Source: an uncultured virus (IMG/VR IMGVR_UViG_3300048925_000594) (taxonomy: Duplodnaviria > Heunggongvirae > Uroviricota > Caudoviricetes). Taken from it: a stretch of 21,534 nucleotides of DNA. This document shows positions 15,130 to 21,534 of this stretch, piece after piece. The notes beneath the pieces are model-generated. The model had not been told where the DNA came from, ran no database searches, and saw only the letters and a program-made list of their open reading frames with translations. Position 1 is the stretch's first letter. Every line of letters starts with the position of its first letter. The stretch lies in the IMG/VR virus record IMGVR_UViG_3300048925_000594; one strand, 5' to 3'. The position numbers were made by a program, and so were the translations under genes.

Positions 15130-16947
15130 ATGTATCCGGTAAGCAAAGCCTTTTTACAAGCGGTGCAGGAGAACACCCGGAAGTTCTGCTGGACTGGGAA
15201 AATCACCACAAAAGCAGGCATGGAATATTCCTTTAGCAATGAGGACATTGTCAAAGGTTCCGGGTATATTACCAGCCAATGCTGTGGAAGTACGGAGATA
15301 GAGATTGGAACGGTGTATGCTGCGGAAATGGGAATCACGTTGCATTCCGGGATTGACCGCTATACTTTGGAGGGTGCCAAAATCAGAGTAAGTTTTCACC
15401 TGGAAGTGTCAGATGGTGTGTACGAGGAAGTCCCTATGGGAATCTTTGAAATCAGTGAGGCAAACCGTACCATACGCTGTCTGGAAATCAAGGCATATGA
15501 TTACATGCTCCGGTTTGAGAAAAGCTTCAATGGATTTGAAACGGCAGGAAATGCCTATGCGTTTCTGGCTTTGTGCTGTAAAGCATGTAACGTGGAATTG
15601 GCGCACACCCAGGAAGAAATAGAAGCCATGCCCAATGGCTCAGAGCTGCTATCGGTTTATACGGAGAATGACATTGAGACATACCGGGATGTGCTGTTCT
15701 ATGTGGGACAGGTGCTAGGCGGGTTCTTCTGCATCAACCGGGAAGGAAATCTGGAGCTTCGTAAGTATGGGAATCAGCCTGTGATGACGGTTTCTGACAG
15801 GCATCGGTTTTCCAGCAGCTTCTCTGATTTTATTACCCGGTATACTGCTGTTAGTTCCACCAATATCAAGACACAGGTTTCCGAGTATTACGCATTGGAG
15901 CCGGACGATGGTTTAACTATGAACCTTGGCGTGAATCCACTTTTGCAGTTTGGATTGGAAGAAACAAGAAAAACATTGCTGGAAAATATACTTACAGATC
16001 TATCTATCCTCCGTTATGTTCCTTTTGATTCGGATACCATCGGCAATCCGGCACTGGACTTAGGAGATGTGCTGGTGTTCTCCGGCGGTCATGCGGATGA
16101 AAAACAGTTAGCCTGCGTCACTGGATACCAGGTGAAAATTAACGGGAAACACTCCCTGAAATGCGTAGGTAAGAATCCAAGACTGGCGCAGGCAAAGTCT
16201 AAGAATGACAAGAACATTTCTGGTCTGCTGAACCAGATTGAGGCGGGGAAGATAGGAATTCATACCTTTACCAATGCTTCTAAGTATACGGTGAATGATA
16301 CAAGTGTGAAGATTATCAGCATTGAGTTTGCGGCGTCAGAGGAAACCCATGTGCAGTTTTTTGCCATAGTTCTGGTAGATGTAATAGCGGATATCAAGGA
16401 GCAGACCGGAACGGCAGCAGGAACCATTGTTGTTCCAATTCCTGCACAGGGCGAAGATGGAAAGGAAACCACACAAGATATTTCCGTAAATGTAGAATTG
16501 CCGGTCACATTTTCAGCAGATGGGAAGGCGACGGCTTTTGTGAGGTACGAATTCAACGATGAGGAAATTCTGACTCATTATCCGGTAGAGAACTGGGACA
16601 GCGGAAAGCATGTACTGCCGTTGTACTACCCAATCGAAAATCTGATTCCGAACTTCACAAACACGTTCAATGTGTATCTGAGAATGGAAGGCGGAAGCGG
16701 AACCATAGAAACGGGTGGGTGCATCGCTTCCGTCAGCGGACAGGGCATGGCGGCGGCTCTGGCCTGGGACGGGAAGATTACGATAGAGGAAACCATCTCT
16801 GCATTCCGGCTTGGAGCAGGGTTTATGGTCAAAGACTTTACAGAGTCCATCGGCATAGAAACTATGGAACTGGTACAGAGGCAGATGGCTGACAGTATGG
16901 GCAGGATTTCCATTGGCGCATTTGGTTTACCAGTGGATAACAGTTAA
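15130..16947 (+). CDS. Tail tip / baseplate hub-like protein with C-terminal extension
   Basis: 605 aa after Dit; EIG.V, VPMGIF.I, I.AYD.M..F, F..INREG.L and GNPALDLGD hub-like motifs; RBS AAGGTGGTG. Confidence 0.7.
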   Translation: MYPVSKAFLQAVQENTRKFCWTGKITTKAGMEYSFSNEDIVKGSGYITSQCCGSTEIEIGTVYAAEMGITLHSGIDRYTLEGAKIRVSFHLEVSDGVYEEVPMGIFEISEANRTIRCLEIKAYDYMLRFEKSFNGFETAGNAYAFLALCCKACNVELAHTQEEIEAMPNGSELLSVYTENDIETYRDVLFYVGQVLGGFFCINREGNLELRKYGNQPVMTVSDRHRFSSSFSDFITRYTAVSSTNIKTQVSEYYALEPDDGLTMNLGVNPLLQFGLEETRKTLLENILTDLSILRYVPFDSDTIGNPALDLGDVLVFSGGHADEKQLACVTGYQVKINGKHSLKCVGKNPRLAQAKSKNDKNISGLLNQIEAGKIGIHTFTNASKYTVNDTSVKIISIEFAASEETHVQFFAIVLVDVIADIKEQTGTAAGTIVVPIPAQGEDGKETTQDISVNVELPVTFSADGKATAFVRYEFNDEEILTHYPVENWDSGKHVLPLYYPIENLIPNFTNTFNVYLRMEGGSGTIETGGCIASVSGQGMAAALAWDGKITIEETISAFRLGAGFMVKDFTESIGIETMELVQRQMADSMGRISIGAFGLPVDNS

Positions 16948-16959
16948 AAGGAGGTTGTA

Positions 16960-18351
16960 ATGAAGATAAAAGGAACGATGACATTGGAACTTACGGATGT
17001 AAATACCGGGGAGGTGGAAACAGTGGCAGAGGAAAACATGATTACCAATGCCGTGAATCACATCTTTGGGCTGAATCCATTGGGTGTTTTTTATGAGGCA
17101 GCAGCCAGCATTGACGGGATTGAATGGAACAAAGGGTTACTTCCCATCTGCCCAAATATGATTGGAGGAATCCTGCTGTTCTCCAAAGCACTGGAAGAGA
17201 ATGCAGATAATATCTATTCCTCATCGGATAACCTACCGGTGGCTTATGCTTCCAACAATGTGAATTCTACGGCAAATGTGGCAAGGGGAAGTTTAAATCT
17301 GACGGAGAGTAAGATACTGGAGAATGGCTACAAGTTCGTATGGGAATTTACACCAAGCCAGGGGAATGGAACGATTGCAGCGGCAGCATTGACCAGTGCA
17401 CAGGGCGGGACAAATGCCTATGGAAGCCTGATAGATGACAGCACCACCTTTTTGCAGTTAAAGAGTGTGGATATCGGCAGTCTGTCCAATGAAAAGCAGT
17501 TGGTGCTGTTTGAAACGGTGGAAGTGGATTTTGAGAATGACCTGCTTTACTCCATTACTTATCAGGATTCTGCTGTTCGGATCCGTAAAGTCCGTGTCCC
17601 CATTTTCAGTATTGGACTGAACGAGAAACTGGATGATACGACTTATACGGTATTGGAGGATCAAGTAATCCAGACCACCACCTTCCGTTTTTTAGGAAAG
17701 TATACACTTTATGGAGAATTTTTGGATGGTGCGGATGGCTATTGGTACGGATTTTCCAATGAGGGAAATTCCTCCGGCAATGCTGCCATGGTGTGGGTAA
17801 AAATCTCAAAGGCTGATTATTCCATGACAGAGGGAGAGTGGGTACTTTCCAATGCAATGCTCATAGATGTGGGAAAACGGGACGAGAGCGGTTCTTACCC
17901 GGAGCGGGTTCTGAAATGCTGTATGCGGAAGGGATATCTGTATGTTATGGCAAATAATAAAGAAGGTGTATATAAGATCAATACGGCAAATTCTTCTGAT
18001 GTAACATTGATTCATTTAGGGTTCACTTCCAAATGGAAACCGCTTTGTGACAAAGGGACCTGCGAGGTTTATATGATCCTGATTGGTAATTTGATTATCG
18101 GAGGAGATTTCCAGATTACAATTGATGATAAGGTTATCCAAACACAGGGGAGTGCAAGACTGAATGACGCGGCAACACCATTGCTTCAGTACAAAAACTT
18201 CCTGCTGGGATGGGGTGGAAGCTACGGTTCCGAATACCGGACCATGTACCTGCTGACACCTTATCTGGCATCTATTAATAACCTGTCTTCGGCAGTGGTG
18301 AAGACAGTAGATAAAACCATGAAGATAACGTACACACTGACACAGGAATGA
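16960..18351 (+). CDS. Tail-associated protein, candidate receptor-binding / baseplate protein
   Basis: 463 aa, beta-rich, last tail gene before the holin; RBS AGGAGG. Confidence 0.6.
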   Translation: MKIKGTMTLELTDVNTGEVETVAEENMITNAVNHIFGLNPLGVFYEAAASIDGIEWNKGLLPICPNMIGGILLFSKALEENADNIYSSSDNLPVAYASNNVNSTANVARGSLNLTESKILENGYKFVWEFTPSQGNGTIAAAALTSAQGGTNAYGSLIDDSTTFLQLKSVDIGSLSNEKQLVLFETVEVDFENDLLYSITYQDSAVRIRKVRVPIFSIGLNEKLDDTTYTVLEDQVIQTTTFRFLGKYTLYGEFLDGADGYWYGFSNEGNSSGNAAMVWVKISKADYSMTEGEWVLSNAMLIDVGKRDESGSYPERVLKCCMRKGYLYVMANNKEGVYKINTANSSDVTLIHLGFTSKWKPLCDKGTCEVYMILIGNLIIGGDFQITIDDKVIQTQGSARLNDAATPLLQYKNFLLGWGGSYGSEYRTMYLLTPYLASINNLSSAVVKTVDKTMKITYTLTQE

Positions 18352-18374
18352 GAATATTCCAAATCACAGTAGCT

Positions 18375-18400
18375 GGGCAGCTTTCGGGTTGTCTTTTTTT
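18375..18400 (+). terminator. Terminator-like hairpin between tail and lysis modules
   Basis: GGGCAGCT-TTCG-GGTTGTCT (G-U rich, UUCG loop) followed by a T7 run. Confidence 0.6.
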
Positions 18401-18429
18401 GTGCAGAAAAATAAAAGGAGGGCAGCACG

Positions 18430-18843
18430 ATGAAGGATGTTGCAAATACAATGCAGTATATTTTTGCCGCCATGGGCGGTTCACTTGGAGCAGTACTGGG
18501 CGGTTTTGACGGGTTTTTGTATGCACTGATTGTTTTTGTTGTAGTGGATTATATGACAGGAGTCATGGTTGGAATTTTGAATAAGGAACTTTCCAGTCAG
18601 ATTGGTTTCCGTGGGATTTTCAAGAAGGTTGTGATTTTTTCACTGGTGGCGGTGGCACACATCATTGACACCCATGTGATTCAGAACGGAAGCGTCCTGC
18701 GGACAACCGTGATTTTCTTCTATCTGTCCAATGAAGGGATTTCCATTCTGGAAAATGCCGCTTTGATTGGACTTCCCATTCCAAAGAAGATGAAGGATGT
18801 CCTGGAGCAGTTGAAGGAGAATGAAGACCATGAAGGTAAATAG
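18430..18843 (+). CDS. Holin (Phage_holin_4_1 / toxin-secretion-phage-lysis family)
   Basis: 137 aa; GG.DG.L.AL......DY.TG, LSS.IG..GI.KK and FY..NEG.SILEN...GLP.P motifs with transmembrane segments. Confidence 0.93.
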   Translation: MKDVANTMQYIFAAMGGSLGAVLGGFDGFLYALIVFVVVDYMTGVMVGILNKELSSQIGFRGIFKKVVIFSLVAVAHIIDTHVIQNGSVLRTTVIFFYLSNEGISILENAALIGLPIPKKMKDVLEQLKENEDHEGK

Positions 18844-19780
18844 GAGTTATGTGTCATCTAATAACACTTACAGCGTAAATAATCCGCAGTATATCGTAAT
18901 CCACAATACTGATAATTTCCGATCTGGAGCGGATGCCCTGACTCATGCCAAAGCACAGTTTAATGGGAACTTAAACACCTCCGTACATTATTATACGGAT
19001 GATAATGACACGGTATACCAGGCAGCTTCCCATGACCGTGGGTGCTGGCATGTAGGTGTAAATTATGGCGGGCGGCTGTTTGGAACCGTGAACAACAAGA
19101 ATAGTATAGGTGTGGAAATGTGTGTACAGGCAGGGTATGACTTTAATAAGGCGTTTGGCAATACGGCGGTGTTTATCCGGCAGTTGATGGCGGAGACGGG
19201 GATTCCGGCGGACAGGGTGATACAGCATTATGATGTGTGTGCTAAGAACTGTCCTTCCCAGATTCGGGCAAGGGGAATGTGGAAGGAATTGAAAAGTCAG
19301 ATTGGGAGCGGCAATGCAGTAGCGGATGGTTCGTACCAGCCAATCAAGCCGCTGTCCGGGTTCGTAAAGGTGTTCTATAAAGGTCGTGATGGGTTGAATG
19401 TACGGAACAGCCCCTGTATGGGGGATAATGTGGACCATGTTGTGTATAAAGGGGTGTATACAGTGGAGTGGATTAGTGAGGACGGTGCGTGGTATAAGCT
19501 GAAATCAGGGCTGTTTGTAACAACGGATAGGCAGTATGTGCAGTTTATAGAGAAGCAGCTTAAGGCGCCTTGTTATCTGGTGAAAGTGGGCATAACGGAT
19601 TTGAATATCCGCAAAGGGCCGGGAACAGACTGTGCAAAAACCGGAAAGTTTACGGGAGCCGGAGTATTTACCATTATGGAGGAAGCGGACGGTCAGGGGG
19701 CTTCTAAGTGGGGGTTGCTAAAATCCTATCAGAAGAAACGGGATGGGTGGATATCGTTGGATTATGCAACGAGGATTTAG
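18830..19780 (+). CDS. Endolysin: N-acetylmuramoyl-L-alanine amidase (Amidase_2) plus two SH3b-like cell-wall-binding domains
   Basis: IVIHNT, SVHY, WHVG, NSIGVEMC and QHYD...KNCP zinc-amidase motifs; LNVRNSP and LNIRKGPG...GWISL SH3b-like repeats. ATG 18830 fits RBS AAGGAG (18814-19) better than 18821. Confidence 0.92.
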   Translation: MKVNRSYVSSNNTYSVNNPQYIVIHNTDNFRSGADALTHAKAQFNGNLNTSVHYYTDDNDTVYQAASHDRGCWHVGVNYGGRLFGTVNNKNSIGVEMCVQAGYDFNKAFGNTAVFIRQLMAETGIPADRVIQHYDVCAKNCPSQIRARGMWKELKSQIGSGNAVADGSYQPIKPLSGFVKVFYKGRDGLNVRNSPCMGDNVDHVVYKGVYTVEWISEDGAWYKLKSGLFVTTDRQYVQFIEKQLKAPCYLVKVGITDLNIRKGPGTDCAKTGKFTGAGVFTIMEEADGQGASKWGLLKSYQKKRDGWISLDYATRI

Positions 19781-19889
19781 ATGGCGGAAGAAGATGATAG
19801 GAGTAGGAATTTTCGTGATGGTGAGTTAAAAGTTTAATCTTGTAATTCGTGAAATGTCTAGCATTTTTTTGTATGGAGGAAATCTGTCT

Positions 19890-20084
19890 ATGAAAGAAGT
19901 TCCCATCTGGGAAAAGAGTAATTTGACATTGGAGGAAGCAGCAGCCTATTCTGGAATTGGGGTAAATAAACTTAGAAAAATATCTGATGACGAAGGATGC
20001 CCGTTTGTTCTTTGGATAGGTTCAAAAAGACTAATTAAGAGAAAGAAGCTGGATGAATACACAGAAAAGCTATATTCCATCTGA
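19890..20084 (+). CDS. xis: Excisionase, Tn916-Xis family
   Basis: Start ATG 19890 (RBS GGAGGA), 64 aa. VPIWEK.NLTLEEAAAY.GIG.NKLR...LWIG.KRLIKRKK closely parallels Tn916 Xis. Confidence 0.88.
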   Translation: MKEVPIWEKSNLTLEEAAAYSGIGVNKLRKISDDEGCPFVLWIGSKRLIKRKKLDEYTEKLYSI

Positions 20085-20180
20085 TTGGATGAAAAATTGG
20101 TAATATCAAAAGGATATGGATATTGAATATAGATATTATAGCACAGGGACAGGCATTGACGTTTTTTTACAAAACGGTAC

Positions 20181-20231
20181 TTGTTTAATGGGCGGTGTCC
20201 CAGTATAATAAATACACGAACACCGTCCATT
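20181..20231 (+). promoter_or_regulatory. Integrase promoter overlapped by an inverted repeat
   Basis: TTGTTT (20181-86), 17 nt spacer, TATAAT (20204-09). Arms AATGGGCGGTGTCC (20187-200) and GAACACCGTCCATT (20218-31) are 12/14 complementary. Confidence 0.65.
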
Positions 20232-20256
20232 TCCTGTTGTGCGGAAAGGAGTTTAT

Positions 20257-21534
20257 ATGGCAGGAAAAGGGCAAACAAGTAAAAGGAAAGATAAAGATAG
20301 AATCGTTCTTCGGACAGGGGAAGGAGAGCGTCCTAATGGTACTTATGAATATCGCTGGACAGATGTACATGGAAACCGTCACCGGGTTTATGCAAAAACA
20401 CTGGAACTTCTCCGTGAAAAGGAAGAAGAAATCCAGAAGGATAAATGCGATGGCATCAAGGCAGAAGCCAGGTATGTGATGGTCAATGATGTGTTTGATA
20501 TGTGGCGGCAGTTGAAGCGGGGGCTTAAGGACAATACATTCCAGAACTATCAGTATATGTATAATATGTTTGTACGTCCTGATTTTGGAAAGACGAGAGT
20601 GTCCTCTTTGAAGAAGTCGGATGTGAAGCGGTTTTACAATACGCTGGCGGATGAACGGGGGTTGCAGGCTTCCACGATTGACAGTGTTCATACGGTGCTT
20701 CATCAGGTGCTGGACATGGCGGTAGATGATGCGTATCTGCGTGTGAATCCTTCTGATAATGTATTGAAAGAATTAAAGCAGTCACACATCTTTAAGACGG
20801 AGAAACGCAGAGGATTGACAAAGCCGGAGCAGGAGCTGCTTATGGATTTCCTGCAGAGAAATCGCACCTATAACCACTGGTATCCGATTATTGCCGTAAT
20901 GGTAGGAACCGGACTCCGGGTTGGGGAAGTAACAGGGCTTCGTTGGTGTGATATTGATTTAGCGGAAGGTTTGGTAGATGTGAATCATACGTTGGTCTAT
21001 TACGATCACCGGGAAACTGATGGAAAGAAAGGCTGTTATTTTAATGTGAACACGCCAAAGACCAAAGCTGGTGTACGGCAGGTGCCGATGCTGGGCTTTG
21101 TGAGGGAAGCGTTTCTCCGGGAACGGGGGTATCAGGAGGTAAATGAAATTAATTGTACGGTGGCGATTGATGGATACACGGATTTTATCTTTGTAAACCG
21201 CTTTGGAGCAACCCAGCATCAGGGAACCTTGAATAAGGCAATCCGCCGTATTATTCGGGACTGCAATGATGAGGTGCTTTTAAGAGGAGAAGCAGACCCG
21301 GTGTTACTGCCGCATTTTAGCTGTCATTCTCTCAGGCACACGTTTACGACAAGAATGTGTGAGGCGGGTGTGAATGTAAAGGTAATTCAGGATGCATTGG
21401 GACACGCTGATATTTCTACTACGCTGAATATCTATGCAGATGTGACGAAAGAGCTGAAAAAGGATGAGTTTTCCGGGCTGGATTTGTATTTTAAGAATGG
21501 TTCACAGCAGGACAGTACTTCTACAGCGGTTTAA
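20257..21534 (+). CDS. int: Tyrosine integrase, Tn916-Int-like
   Basis: Start ATG 20257 (RBS AAGGAG), 425 aa. N-terminal arm-binding domain LRTGE.ER..G.Y.YRWTD; catalytic motifs GLRVGE (R), PKT (K), HSLRH, LGH and LNIY (Y). Confidence 0.95.
   Translation: MAGKGQTSKRKDKDRIVLRTGEGERPNGTYEYRWTDVHGNRHRVYAKTLELLREKEEEIQKDKCDGIKAEARYVMVNDVFDMWRQLKRGLKDNTFQNYQYMYNMFVRPDFGKTRVSSLKKSDVKRFYNTLADERGLQASTIDSVHTVLHQVLDMAVDDAYLRVNPSDNVLKELKQSHIFKTEKRRGLTKPEQELLMDFLQRNRTYNHWYPIIAVMVGTGLRVGEVTGLRWCDIDLAEGLVDVNHTLVYYDHRETDGKKGCYFNVNTPKTKAGVRQVPMLGFVREAFLRERGYQEVNEINCTVAIDGYTDFIFVNRFGATQHQGTLNKAIRRIIRDCNDEVLLRGEADPVLLPHFSCHSLRHTFTTRMCEAGVNVKVIQDALGHADISTTLNIYADVTKELKKDEFSGLDLYFKNGSQQDSTSTAV

Larger units (their letters stand above)
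1..21534 (+). mobile_element. Prophage (siphovirus-like temperate phage): packaging, head, tail, lysis and integration modules; extends beyond the left edge, att site not in window
   Basis: Canonical co-oriented order terS-terL-portal-protease-capsid-connectors-MTP-chaperone-TMP-tail-holin-lysin followed by xis-int; no obvious frameshift or nonsense lesions in the structural genes. Confidence 0.96.

Noticed and set aside
15130..18351. Diversity-generating retroelement or invertible tail-fibre shufflon
   Set aside because: No reverse transcriptase, no invertase and no duplicated template/variable repeat are visible in the window.
1640..19812. AGGAATTT at 1640-1647 and 19805-19812 as further cassette arms flanking insert 1 or xis-int
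   Set aside because: The match is only 8 nt with no partner inverted arm found. The first copy lies in terL coding sequence, and GGAATTT also occurs inside ordinary genes.
20156..20184. TTGACG as the -35 of an additional int promoter
   Set aside because: There is no acceptable -10 at 16-18 nt spacing (best is TACTTG). The TTGTTT/TATAAT pair is the better candidate.
336..21219. Other short minus-strand and alternate-frame ORFs in the track
   Set aside because: They almost entirely overlap well-supported + strand genes and lack protein-like motifs.

Overview
The window is the late half of a temperate siphovirus-type prophage with an HK97-like head and a long non-contractile tail. The host is probably a Firmicute (Clostridia/Lachnospiraceae-like), inferred from gene order, strong GGAGG RBSs and TRTG extended -10 promoters. 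All supported genes are on the + strand, in this order: 3' end of terS, terL, [insert 1], portal, Clp-type prohead protease, major capsid, head-tail joining genes, major tail protein, tail chaperone with a -1 frameshift, [insert 2], tape measure, distal tail and tail-tip proteins, holin, amidase endolysin, then a Tn916-type xis-int pair. Two visibly AT-rich accessory inserts interrupt the structural operon, each with its own sigmaA-type promoter and terminator. Insert 1 (about 1.7-4.5 kb, between terL and portal) is a complete three-gene ABC-three-component/Lamassu-like defence system: HNH effector, small middle component and SMC-like ATPase. Insert 2 (about 10.3-11.9 kb, between chaperone and tape measure) has a promoter embedded in an inverted repeat, a 15-codon mini-ORF and two orphan genes with nuclease-like motifs (PD-(D/E)xK-like and GIY-YIG-like). 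Its genes are bracketed by related 12-bp inverted arms (AAA-CAGG/TTTG-AATTT upstream, AA(A/C)TTCCA-NN-TT downstream), suggesting a small integron-like, recombinase-shuffled cassette array. This array is the best candidate here for an undescribed system, but it rests on four imperfect arms. No database searches were run, and family assignments come from motif recognition by eye.
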